Origin: Candidatus Omnitrophota bacterium
GTDB taxonomy: Bacteria; Omnitrophota; Gorgyraeia; Zapsychrales; JANLHA01
Direction: 5' to 3'
NCBI GenBank assembly: GCA_023247795.1
Contig: JAHFFT010000008.1
Location: forward strand, 1,519-65,518
DNA length: 64,000 nucleotides
How positions within the stretch are numbered: the stretch's first letter is position 1; each line of letters starts with the position of its first letter. The notes beneath the pieces are model-generated. The model saw nothing but the letters and a program-made list of their open reading frames with translations, was not told the origin of the DNA and did not search any database. Positions 20,846 through 29,924 of this stretch are shown here, piece by piece. Made by a program: the position numbers and the translations under genes.

Positions 20846-21817
20846 ATGAAAAAACTCAATGTCGCGATCGTCGGTATTGGGCACCTGGGATCGAAACATC
20901 TGAAAGTCTTACACGAACTTTCCGACCGGGTCAATATTGTTGGAATCTGCGATACCAAGGCCGAACGGACCGAACGGCTAGCTAGCCACTACCATATTCC
21001 GGTTTTTGAAGATTACCGCGACCTGGCCGGCAAGATTGACGCGGTCAATATCTGTGTTCCCACGATCCTTCACCACGAAATTGGGAAATTCTTTCTGGAA
21101 CAGGGTGTTCATACCTTCATTGAAAAACCGATCAGCATCACCGTTGAACAGGCCGATGAGTTGATCGCGCTTGCCAAACTGAAAAACCGCAAACTGCAGG
21201 TCGGACATGTCGAACGTTTCAATTCCGCCTTTTTAGCCATCAAGCACTTTGCCAAAGATCCGCTCTTCATTGAGTCGCACCGGTTGAATCAATTTACCCA
21301 GCGATCGTTGGATATTGGTGTCGTCATGGACCTCATGATCCACGACATCGACATCATATTAGGCCTTAACCAGTGCGCGGTTAAAGATGTGCACGCCGTC
21401 GGGATCCATGTTTTAACTGAATTGGAAGATATCGCGAGTGTGCGGATCATTTTTGAAAATGGCTGTGTCTGCAACCTCACCGCCAGCCGGGTCTCCGACG
21501 AGGTCATGCGCAAAATCCGTATCTTTTTGCACAACACTTATATCTCGCTGGATTATGTTCAGCAGGAGGCCTTCATTTATAAAAAAAACGGGGTGCAAAT
21601 CCTCAAGCACGCCCTGCCGATTGAAAAAGAAGAACCGCTTAAAAAAGAACTGGAATCGTTCATTCATTGCATCAACAACGACGAGCAGCCCATTGTCTCA
21701 GGGATCGAAGCTCGCCAGGCCTTGTCCCTCGCCATTCGCATCATTCAAAACATGCAAGAGACCCGCAAACAGATCCTGGCCCGAGTGCCGGTCACCGCGG
21801 ACCCGCTTTCCCTATGA
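20846..21817 (+). CDS. Gfo/Idh/MocA oxidoreductase, GnnA-like (putative UDP-GlcNAc 3-dehydrogenase)
   Basis: GIGHLG, FIEKPI, VGHVERFN, DLMIHDID, TASRVS; ATGA-coupled to lpxB. Confidence 0.85.
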   Translation: MKKLNVAIVGIGHLGSKHLKVLHELSDRVNIVGICDTKAERTERLASHYHIPVFEDYRDLAGKIDAVNICVPTILHHEIGKFFLEQGVHTFIEKPISITVEQADELIALAKLKNRKLQVGHVERFNSAFLAIKHFAKDPLFIESHRLNQFTQRSLDIGVVMDLMIHDIDIILGLNQCAVKDVHAVGIHVLTELEDIASVRIIFENGCVCNLTASRVSDEVMRKIRIFLHNTYISLDYVQQEAFIYKKNGVQILKHALPIEKEEPLKKELESFIHCINNDEQPIVSGIEARQALSLAIRIIQNMQETRKQILARVPVTADPLSL

Positions 21818-22956
21818 GTTCCACCAAAAATAAACATCTCGTTCTCGTTGCTGGGGAAGCATCCGGCGACTTGCTCGCCGCCCATCTCGTTGAAGAAATC
21901 AAACAACTGGACCCCTCCATCACTTTTTCCGGTATCGGCGGCGAAAAACTGAGTGCTTTAGGCGTTGAGCTCTATGATGACTTGACACGAAAAGCCGTAG
22001 TCGGATTCTGGGAAGTCGTTAAAAATTTTGCGCAGATCAAAAAAGTCTTTGACCGGCTGGTCGTAAAAATCAAAGAAATCCGACCGAGCGCGGTCATCCT
22101 CATCGATTATCCCGGATTTAACCTGCGCCTAGCCAAGGTGCTCCATCAAGCCGGAATCAAAGTGATCTATTACGTGAGTCCCCAGGTCTGGGCCTGGAAG
22201 GCATCACGGGTCGAACAGATCAGAAAATTTACCGATCGGCTGCTGGTTTTGTTCGAATTTGAAAAAGATTTCTACGCCCGTCGAGGCTTGACTGTGGAAT
22301 TTGTTGGACATCCCTTGCTCGAGTCGGTGAAGCCCATTCACTCAAGAGATGATATTGTCGAAGGATTGGATTTGTCGCCGACAAAAACAACCATTGGTCT
22401 TTTACCTGGCTCGCGGGAAAAAGAAATTGACCTGCACCTGCCGATCATGCTCGAGACCGCTGCCATACTTTTCAAAAAAAATCAGGATCTGCAATTTCTG
22501 CTCATCAAAGCACCGACGATCTCATTGGCCATACTGCGGCAACATCTGACCCAACATGATCTACCAATCAAGATTGTTGAAAATAACAGCTATGACGGAA
22601 TTTCCGTCTGCGACCTCTGTGTGGTTGCCTCTGGAACAGCGACGATCGAGACCGCGATCCTTAAAAAACCAATGGTCATCATCTATAAAACATCCCCCTT
22701 CAGTTATTTTCTTGCCAAGCGATTGATCAAAATCCCCTGGATTGGCATGGTCAATGTGGTCAGACAAAAAACCATTGTACCGGAATTGATCCAGAACAAC
22801 GCGTCTCCGGAAAAAATCGCGCTGACGGTTGAAGGACTTTATCGGAATGAAGAAAAGATGCGGGACATGATTTCGGAATTGGAACGGGTGAGACAAGTCT
22901 TAGGCGCTCCCGGCGCCAGCCGTCGGGCCGCCGAGATCATTCTAAAAATCATTTAA
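21814..22956 (+). CDS. lpxB: Lipid-A-disaccharide synthase
   Basis: AGEASGD, IDYPGFN, YYVSPQVWAW, FVGHPL, LPGSR, SGTAT, VPELIQ. Confidence 0.96.
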   Translation: MSSTKNKHLVLVAGEASGDLLAAHLVEEIKQLDPSITFSGIGGEKLSALGVELYDDLTRKAVVGFWEVVKNFAQIKKVFDRLVVKIKEIRPSAVILIDYPGFNLRLAKVLHQAGIKVIYYVSPQVWAWKASRVEQIRKFTDRLLVLFEFEKDFYARRGLTVEFVGHPLLESVKPIHSRDDIVEGLDLSPTKTTIGLLPGSREKEIDLHLPIMLETAAILFKKNQDLQFLLIKAPTISLAILRQHLTQHDLPIKIVENNSYDGISVCDLCVVASGTATIETAILKKPMVIIYKTSPFSYFLAKRLIKIPWIGMVNVVRQKTIVPELIQNNASPEKIALTVEGLYRNEEKMRDMISELERVRQVLGAPGASRRAAEIILKII

Positions 22957-22974
22957 CTGAAAATTTATAATGTG

Positions 22975-23071
22975 CCCCCTCCCCGCCAGCCCCGCCATAG
23001 GCGGGGCAAGGGGGAGGGAATAATTCAATATGTAAATTCCCCTCCACTTGTGGGAGGGGTTAGGGGAGGGG
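22975..23071. repeat. GC-rich REP-like palindrome cluster between convergent genes (probable bidirectional terminator)
   Basis: CCCTCCCC..GCCCCGCC-ATA-GGCGGGGC..GGGGAGGG, then CCCCTCCACTTGTGGGAGGGG-TTA-GGGGAGGGG. Confidence 0.8.
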
Positions 23072-23082
23072 TACAAACAATT

Positions 23083-23583
23083 TCAGTGACAATCTTCCGG
23101 ACAATTGCAACGGGTCTCAAACTGGCCGCAAATCCCGTCGCCGCAAGGAATGCAGATAGGGATATTAAAAATCGAATTCTTGCCTTCCATATCGCAGGTG
23201 CCATCTAAAAATTCAATCCCGCAACGTTTGACCAGACCCTTGCAGCATGCCACGTCCTGGCCGGCATAAGCCAAATCACCGCATTCAGCTGGCTCGCCAG
23301 ACATTTTGTAATGACAAATCTTTTCTTTGGAACAACTCTCCATGACCGCGCAAAATTCTTCCGGGCAATATTGCACCGGAATCTGCAGACACTCCACAGG
23401 AGCGCAGAGTTTGACCGAGCAATCCTCGTCGCTGCCAACACAACGCAATTGACAAACCCCCGGAGGGCAGACGTGATTTTTTTCGTACTCTTCAACGCAA
23501 TGATCAAGCATTTTCTGATTGATGGCAAAAGCGGTCGCGCAACATAAAAACAAAAAAAAGCCCGCAATGCTGAACTTTTTCAT
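23083..23583 (-). CDS. Secreted cysteine-rich protein (166 aa; 22 Cys in mature part)
   Basis: Signal peptide MKKFSIAGFFLFLCCATAFA; C-terminal CGDGICGQFETRCNCPEDC; ATGA overlap with batE stop. Confidence 0.85.
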   Translation of the reverse strand: MKKFSIAGFFLFLCCATAFAINQKMLDHCVEEYEKNHVCPPGVCQLRCVGSDEDCSVKLCAPVECLQIPVQYCPEEFCAVMESCSKEKICHYKMSGEPAECGDLAYAGQDVACCKGLVKRCGIEFLDGTCDMEGKNSIFNIPICIPCGDGICGQFETRCNCPEDCH

Positions 23584-24548
23584 ATTTTCTCCACTGTCGA
23601 AGCTTTGACCCAACCGGATTTACCATCGGAACGAAAGATTTTTAGCCATTCCCCGTCCTGGTCTAAAATCTTGACCTTCCCACCCTCTTGCAAAAGATAG
23701 TGCGTCGTCGCAGCATCGCGCGGCTCAAACCTCGCCGGGGTTTCGACCAAGGACACGGCTTGCTCCTTCTCCATCTGGACTTTTAACAGGAGACCGCCGC
23801 CGTAAATCACAAACAAAATGACAACACCTCCCAACAAAAAAACCTTCCCACGATTTTGCCAGCCCCAAAACAGCGAAGCAAGAATGATCGCCCCTAAAAA
23901 TGCCAACAAAACAAAAGCAATGATGGCCATTTCATCTAAAGAGTAAAATGAAAGATGCGAGGTTAGAACCATTTGCCAAAAATTAGTAGGCATCGATATC
24001 GGAGTCTTCAGCAACGATTGGGCATAAGCATCATTGGCTTTCAAATCCGGGTCACGAGGGATCAAACGTTTGGCCCGTTCATAATTCAAAATCGCTTTGC
24101 CGAGATGGTCGGCCTTAACATAACTGTTGGCCAAATTAAAGTAAAGCGGCCCGCTTACCCATCCATCGCTGATAATCTTTTCATAAGCCTCCGCGGCCTT
24201 GGCATAGTCACCTTGCTGATAAGCGGTATTACCTTGCGCGAAAAGCAAATTTTCCTGAGACAAATTGGTGTCAGCCGCACAAACTGGTCCGATCAGAAAT
24301 AAAACAATGAGTAAAATTTGGCCAAAAATGATTCCTCGTTGATACCTGCTCTGGAGCCGGACGTCGCGAGGACGAGCGGGCACGGTTCCCCCGCCAAGGC
24401 GGGGGAGAGCGAGGACGAGCGTCGAGCGTAGACCAGACACGCTGGGGCTGGGCAAACGTTCCGGCGAATGGCCAGCAGGAATCGACAAAAGCTTCTCACC
24501 AAACAATTTTATGCAAAGCTTTAAAAAATCACATCGTTTCATCGCCAT
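23580..24548 (-). CDS. batE: BatE-like TPR + SH3b protein (5' region contains a palindromic insertion)
   Basis: FAQGN.AY..GDY..A...YE, YFNLANSY, GKAILNYERA..L.P.D.D, two TM helices, C-terminal EG.KV...GEWLKI...GW. Confidence 0.85.
   Translation of the reverse strand: MAMKRCDFLKLCIKLFGEKLLSIPAGHSPERLPSPSVSGLRSTLVLALPRLGGGTVPARPRDVRLQSRYQRGIIFGQILLIVLFLIGPVCAADTNLSQENLLFAQGNTAYQQGDYAKAAEAYEKIISDGWVSGPLYFNLANSYVKADHLGKAILNYERAKRLIPRDPDLKANDAYAQSLLKTPISMPTNFWQMVLTSHLSFYSLDEMAIIAFVLLAFLGAIILASLFWGWQNRGKVFLLGGVVILFVIYGGGLLLKVQMEKEQAVSLVETPARFEPRDAATTHYLLQEGGKVKILDQDGEWLKIFRSDGKSGWVKASTVEKI
24338..24486. mobile_element. ~150-bp multi-hairpin palindromic element within the batE reading frame
   Basis: Outer stem GTTGATACCTGCT/AGCAGGAATCGAC; GCCGG-ACGT/ACGT-CCGGC; TCCCCCGCC-AA-GGCGGGGGA; direct repeat GCGAGGACGAGCG x2; GC-rich versus flanks. 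Confidence 0.7.
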
Positions 24549-26380
24549 CGCCTTTCGAAATGATCAATGATCTCTTGGGTCTGTTGAAGACTCTTTTGCA
24601 TTTTTTCTCGATCCGTTTGAGTCGAGGCAAAGCGGACCATCTCACAATCGTTAAAAACCGACCTTAACCCTTCAAAGACATCCTCTTTGATGGCACGCGC
24701 CTGGCCTTGCTGTTTGATGAGATCAACCGTGATCGCTCCGGTCGAGACATGCAAACGATGACTGAAATAATTCTGCAGGGTCTTAAAGAGCGTGTCGTAA
24801 AAATCTTTTTGCTCGCCCTTTTGCATGTGCAACTTCGCCTGCTGAAGACCACTGCGAGCATACCGCGGGGCTTGCAACCGGCGAGCCAGTTTGACGTCTA
24901 GCTTAAGCCGACGCTGGATGAAATGGGTCACCAACAGCGCCGTCCAAATGATGAGATAAAGGATCGCGCCTAAAACAAAAAACACATTCGCGAAAATCGG
25001 TTCCGCGACCTTCCTCCACCGCCCTGGATGCTCTTTGATAAAACGGATGTCCTGCCCCAGGGTTTCCTTCTGTTCAAAAACAGCGGTGGTGGGGACCGGC
25101 AACTGGGCACCAACGACCTTGAGGGCCTCGGCCTCTGAAAGAGGTTCCACCTTAATCGGGAAGGGGCCTTTCGTGATCGTCGCGTAAGCGCCTTTCACGA
25201 CATCAAAATAGGAAAATGTCAGCGCTGGAATCTCGCTGATTTTATCGTTTTTCGGGATATACACTTGCTCGGACACGATCCGGCCGTTTTCTTCTTTGGT
25301 CTGCGGCTCGTAAGTTTTGAAATTTTGTGAATCATTGATCGTCGGCAACTGGACGTTATTGAGGTTTCCTTCTCCGGAAATTTGTAAGCGGACCGTCAAC
25401 GGATCTCCCACCTTTACCGTTGGTGGTGAAACCTGGACGTCAAAATCAAACTGTCCAATGGCACCAGAAAAATCATTTGGTTTTCCCTCATCGGGCAATG
25501 CCCGGACATTCATCTTCAAATCCGTCGATGCCAGTTGCATGGAACGCACATCATAATTGTTAAAAACACTATCAAAAACACTGTCGCCAAAAAATCGGTC
25601 AAATGGGTCCGCGGAACGGTTCGATTTCTTTTGGTCCTGAAAGACAACATTAACCACTTCCTGGGCCGGGCCCAGGCTCAATTCACCGACCCGCGTGGGA
25701 TAAATATTAGTCTTGAACTCAGCGACCCCATAACGGACTCCATCAATGACCTGCTCATACCGTTTGGGTTCCTGCCAGGGATCGACGAGAAATCCCTCAT
25801 GACTAAATTCCGGATAACGGATCTCCTGTAAAGAGACCCCATTGTTCAAAAACTTAATGGTCAACGGAATTTTTTCGTTGAGATACCCTTCCCTTTTCGG
25901 AGTTCCCATCACCAAAAATAGCCGCTCACTCAGACTTGATCCGGCGACACCTTGTCCATTGTTTCCTGCCGCTGGTGTTGACATCTTCACAACATCGACG
26001 GAGATAGGGTCACTGTGAAAGGTCTGTCCGTTAAAAGTCAACTCCAATGAAGGAATGGTGAACTGCCCGACCTTGAGCGCGGCCAAGCTGTACATAAACG
26101 TGATTTGGCTGGTCTGCTGGCCATTGATGAACTGCACTTGTGTCTCCGGCCCTAAATAGCGTGATTCAAAACCATCAATGGGAGGAAGTCTGAGCGGTTC
26201 TGCCGACTGAACACCATGCAAGGTCACATTCAACTGCAAAGCTTGCCCCACCTCGACCTGCTTACTGTCAACGGTAACTTCAAAATCGACATCCTGGCCC
26301 GCCCATGACCGCGAAACATAACAGCACAAGCCCAAAAGGAAAAACATCAAAACACATTTGAAATGAAACTTTCGTAACAT
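24539..26380 (-). CDS. batD: BatD family protein
   Basis: Signal peptide; QFING, GQFTIP, LP..GKP.DFSGAIGQF, GEGNL, FSYFD motifs; C-terminal TM. Confidence 0.9.
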   Translation of the reverse strand: MLRKFHFKCVLMFFLLGLCCYVSRSWAGQDVDFEVTVDSKQVEVGQALQLNVTLHGVQSAEPLRLPPIDGFESRYLGPETQVQFINGQQTSQITFMYSLAALKVGQFTIPSLELTFNGQTFHSDPISVDVVKMSTPAAGNNGQGVAGSSLSERLFLVMGTPKREGYLNEKIPLTIKFLNNGVSLQEIRYPEFSHEGFLVDPWQEPKRYEQVIDGVRYGVAEFKTNIYPTRVGELSLGPAQEVVNVVFQDQKKSNRSADPFDRFFGDSVFDSVFNNYDVRSMQLASTDLKMNVRALPDEGKPNDFSGAIGQFDFDVQVSPPTVKVGDPLTVRLQISGEGNLNNVQLPTINDSQNFKTYEPQTKEENGRIVSEQVYIPKNDKISEIPALTFSYFDVVKGAYATITKGPFPIKVEPLSEAEALKVVGAQLPVPTTAVFEQKETLGQDIRFIKEHPGRWRKVAEPIFANVFFVLGAILYLIIWTALLVTHFIQRRLKLDVKLARRLQAPRYARSGLQQAKLHMQKGEQKDFYDTLFKTLQNYFSHRLHVSTGAITVDLIKQQGQARAIKEDVFEGLRSVFNDCEMVRFASTQTDREKMQKSLQQTQEIIDHFERRWR

Positions 26381-27303
26381 TACCAGTCCTTTGCTACCGG
26401 CTGTTCTCGTCGTAATCCAGGCACAAATTGCAATAACCCAAGTGGTTCTTCCTTTTTTTGATATTGGTTCAGCATCATCTGGGCTTCTTGCGGCGTCAGT
26501 TCCTTTTGATCCTGGGCTTGGCCTTGTCCGGCTGAAGAATTCGAAGAGGAATTCTTTTTTTCTCCCTGCTCTCCCGCGGCCTGCTGACCTTGCTGTTCTT
26601 CCTTATTTTTATTTTCCTCTTGCGCCTGAGAATCAGCAGAAGACTTTTCTTGGGTCTGCTGATCACCGGTGGATGTGTTTTCCGAAGAGCTCTTTTGCCC
26701 CTGCCCTTCTTGCTGCTTTTGTGACGAATTGCCTGATTGCGATTTATCTTGCGGTTCTTGCTGCCCTTGCTTTCCTTGATCTTTATTTTGCTGATTCTGT
26801 TCCGCCTTTTTTTGCTTTTCTTTCAAACGTCGCAATTCTTTTTTAACAAATTCAAGATTGGCTTTGGCATCTTCGTCTTTGCTATCCAAACCAATGGCCT
26901 GCTGATACGCGTCGAGCGATTTTTCCAGATCGCCAACGGCCTGTTCGATATTTTTATCCTCCCGCGCTGTTCCCCGACGGTAATCATTGCTGCCAAGATT
27001 GTAATACGCCTTTTGCCGCAAATGATCATCTCGCGTCAACAGTGATTTTTGCAGATGCTCGTCAGCTTGGTCGTATTGTCCAGCCTTGTGATAAGCGGTT
27101 CCCAAATCAAAATTGATGCGGTCAGATTCCTGATCTTTTTTCAGCGCATCCTGGTAATGCCCGACAGCACCGGTAAAGTCCTGCTTGGCAAAGAGGGCGT
27201 TGCCCGCTTTCACCGCCGCTTCCTTCGAAGCCGCCCAACAAAATTGCGAACATACCAGGTACGATACTATGAGCAAAATGGTTTTACAAATGTTAATCCG
27301 CAT
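26380..27303 (-). CDS. batC: BatC-like TPR protein with Q/K-rich linker
   Basis: GNALF, AYYNLG, DEDAKANLE, QQNKDQ low-complexity linker, EAQMML...KDW C-terminus. Confidence 0.88.
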   Translation of the reverse strand: MRINICKTILLIVSYLVCSQFCWAASKEAAVKAGNALFAKQDFTGAVGHYQDALKKDQESDRINFDLGTAYHKAGQYDQADEHLQKSLLTRDDHLRQKAYYNLGSNDYRRGTAREDKNIEQAVGDLEKSLDAYQQAIGLDSKDEDAKANLEFVKKELRRLKEKQKKAEQNQQNKDQGKQGQQEPQDKSQSGNSSQKQQEGQGQKSSSENTSTGDQQTQEKSSADSQAQEENKNKEEQQGQQAAGEQGEKKNSSSNSSAGQGQAQDQKELTPQEAQMMLNQYQKKEEPLGLLQFVPGLRREQPVAKDW

Positions 27304-28300
27304 CTTTTTTCCGGGTTGCGATGGTGGTTTCCCAAATCAGTAAAATCAGGGCCAGACCTAAGGGCATCTGAAACCGTTCAAAATATTTTTTCTCCTGCTT
27401 GGCTTCGATATCACGCTTCTCGAGCTTTGACAACTCCTGTTCATAAATCAGGTCAAGTCCGAACTTCGCTCCGCTCGCACGGACATAGATCCCTCCGGTC
27501 GTCAGCGCGATCTGCTGCAACAAATTTTCATTCAACCGCGATTTGACAAAATTGCCCTGGCTGTCTTTTAAAAATTCCCATTCTCCCGACGGGTTTTGAA
27601 CACGGATCAGTTCACCTTCTTGGGTTCCGATCCCAACACAGTAAATTTTGATCCCCTTATCCTTGGCCTGTTTGGCCATGGCCAGGGGTTCATTCTCCAA
27701 ATTCTCACCATCGGTCAGGATGATAATGGCTTTATGCTGACTCTCGGTGTTCTGCGTTTGTTTCATGGCCTCCTCAATGGCCAAGGCGATATTCGTTCCT
27801 CCTCGAGGAATCGTGTCCGTGTTCAAATTTTCCAAACTCATCATGACCCCGCTGTAATCCGCGGTCAATGGACAAATCGGAAAAGCCGAGCCGGCAAAGG
27901 CCACAATGCTGATCCGGTCGCCCCGCAATTCTTTCAACAAATCTTTGACCGCGAGCTTGGTGCGCTCAAGCCGGTTGGGTTTGACGTCCTGGGTGAGCAT
28001 ACTCTTTGAGACGTCGACGGCAACCACCAGATCAATCCCATGCCGTTTGACGTCCTGCCACTCATATCCCCACTGAGGCCGCGCCAAAACAATGATACTG
28101 AAAACAAAAACGAGAATGAACAAAACCGCTTTCAAACGGACCGCCTGGCCATGGACACTGCGATTGATTTCCGATAGCATTTGCCCCCGAGCAAAACGTT
28201 CCAGCACCTTCTGCCGGTTCTTCACCGACCAGACCAGCAAGGCAGCCAAAACCGGCAGCAACCAGAGTCCCAATAACATCGATGGATGTTCAAAACGCAT
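27293..28300 (-). CDS. batB: BatB vWA-domain protein
   Basis: LARPQWG, DVSKSM MIDAS, PNRLE, PLTADY, LTDGE. Confidence 0.92.
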   Translation of the reverse strand: MRFEHPSMLLGLWLLPVLAALLVWSVKNRQKVLERFARGQMLSEINRSVHGQAVRLKAVLFILVFVFSIIVLARPQWGYEWQDVKRHGIDLVVAVDVSKSMLTQDVKPNRLERTKLAVKDLLKELRGDRISIVAFAGSAFPICPLTADYSGVMMSLENLNTDTIPRGGTNIALAIEEAMKQTQNTESQHKAIIILTDGENLENEPLAMAKQAKDKGIKIYCVGIGTQEGELIRVQNPSGEWEFLKDSQGNFVKSRLNENLLQQIALTTGGIYVRASGAKFGLDLIYEQELSKLEKRDIEAKQEKKYFERFQMPLGLALILLIWETTIATRKKDAD

Positions 28301-29295
28301 CAGGGCACCTTAAGCAATATTGTTTGTGACAAAATCATCTCGAGCATGAGCAGTACTAAAGCCGCGGATAAAACATAAACAAACAGTTCCTTGTATTCCC
28401 GATAACCGAATTCTTCTATTTTAGTTTTTTCAAGCTGATCGATTTCTTTATAAATCGCTTTGAGCTGGTCGGTATCCTTTGCCCGGAAATAGCGGGCATG
28501 GGTCTGTTGGGCGATTTGCTGCAAGGTCTCCTCATCGATTTCAACCAAGGCCTGACGATAGACTTGCCGGCCCCAGATGTCCTGCCCGGGATAAGGGGCA
28601 TACCCGTCGGTGCCGGCACCGATCGTATAGACTTTAACACCCATGGCCTCGGCGGTCTTGGCGGCAACAAGCGGCTCGGTGTCCCCGGCATTGTTGATCC
28701 CATCGGTTAAAAGCACAATGATTTTACTCTTGGCCTTACTTTGCTTTAACCTTGACAACGATGACATGATCCCGGAACCAATCGCGGTCCCGTCTTCCAG
28801 CGTGTTCAATTCAATGCGATCAAGATTGCTTTTCAGCCAATGATGATCGGTGGTCAGCGGACTCGCGGTATAAGCACGTCCGCCAAAAGCGATCAATCCG
28901 ATACGGTCGTCTTTACGCGCGTCAATAAAATCATCCACCACTTTTTTAATCACATAAAGCCGGTTGAAACGCTTGCCTTCGATTTGAAAATCTTCCGCAG
29001 CCATACTCCCAGAGGCATCAATCGCCAAAACAATGTCAATCCCCTCGACAAAATGCTTGGTTTCTTCCAAGACCTGACGAGGTCCTGCCAAGGCAATCAC
29101 AAAAAGAACAATCGCGACCAGCCGCAGATAAAATGGCACCCCGCTGAACCGCACCTTCCAAGTCAACGGCAAGGCGCTCAAGATTCCAGCGTCAGGAAAA
29201 CGCAAGCTGGGGATCTCTCGACGCTTCTTCTGCCAAAAAAGAAAGACGATGATCAATGGAATCAGAATTAAAAGCCAGGGGGTTTTGAAAATCAT
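28300..29295 (-). CDS. batA: BatA vWA-domain protein
   Basis: GIDIVLAIDASGSM, DRIGLIAF, DGTAIG, LLTDG.NN.G, KVYTIG, IDQLEKT. Confidence 0.93.
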   Translation of the reverse strand: MIFKTPWLLILIPLIIVFLFWQKKRREIPSLRFPDAGILSALPLTWKVRFSGVPFYLRLVAIVLFVIALAGPRQVLEETKHFVEGIDIVLAIDASGSMAAEDFQIEGKRFNRLYVIKKVVDDFIDARKDDRIGLIAFGGRAYTASPLTTDHHWLKSNLDRIELNTLEDGTAIGSGIMSSLSRLKQSKAKSKIIVLLTDGINNAGDTEPLVAAKTAEAMGVKVYTIGAGTDGYAPYPGQDIWGRQVYRQALVEIDEETLQQIAQQTHARYFRAKDTDQLKAIYKEIDQLEKTKIEEFGYREYKELFVYVLSAALVLLMLEMILSQTILLKVP

Positions 29296-29300
29296 TTTTC

Positions 29301-29365
29301 CAGTTGCAAGTTTCAGGTCTCAAGTCTCAAGTTACTTGTGGCTTGAGACCTGTCACTTGAGACTT
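29301..29365. repeat. Inverted heptamer-array hairpin overlapping the 3' end of the 203-aa gene
   Basis: cagttgc-aagtttc-aggtctc-aagtctc-aagttac / gtggctt-gagacct-gtcactt-gagactt. Confidence 0.85.
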
Positions 29366-29924
29366 TACTCGTTTCGTCCACCAGCTGTCTCGCCAGCCGG
29401 TAGCCCTTTTGCATCTCATCCGTATTGGATTGATACGTGGCAAACTTCACCATGTCGCAGCAAATCAAAAATTCCTTCAAAGCAAATTTTTGATTTTCAT
29501 TCAAAGCTTGTGAAGCCCGTAACGAAAATAAAAATTCCTCGGTTGTCATTTCCGGAGCCTGGATTGAAAACCGCCCCTCGATATACCGACGGACAATGTC
29601 AGATAAGCGGATATAGTATTCTTTGATCCTTCCCTGCCGGGGAAGGTCTTCTCTCACCAGCTGCTCGAGTTGTTGATAAGCGACGACCCAAGGCGGCGGT
29701 GGCGGGGCCGCCAGCGGTTTTGATTTTGCTTTCCATGACTTAAAAAAAAGTCGCAACAGAACAATGAGCAATCCCAAAGCCAGCAATCCAACAACACCGT
29801 AAATCCACCAAAGGTTGGCCGGCAGATCCAGCGGCGGTTTGACATCCTTGAGTTCCTCGGCACTCGATAGCACGGGGAAGCAAAAGAAAAGAAAAAGTCC
29901 GAATTTAAAAATTTTTTTATTCAC
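29313..29924 (-). CDS. Bat-operon membrane protein (DUF4381-like)
   Basis: LKDVKPP, TM helix, PPW..A...L, YY..LS.I.R.YIE.RF, EMTTEE, D.VKFA; usual position between DUF58 and batA. Confidence 0.8.
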   Translation of the reverse strand: MNKKIFKFGLFLFFCFPVLSSAEELKDVKPPLDLPANLWWIYGVVGLLALGLLIVLLRLFFKSWKAKSKPLAAPPPPPWVVAYQQLEQLVREDLPRQGRIKEYYIRLSDIVRRYIEGRFSIQAPEMTTEEFLFSLRASQALNENQKFALKEFLICCDMVKFATYQSNTDEMQKGYRLARQLVDETSKVSSDRSQATSNLRLET

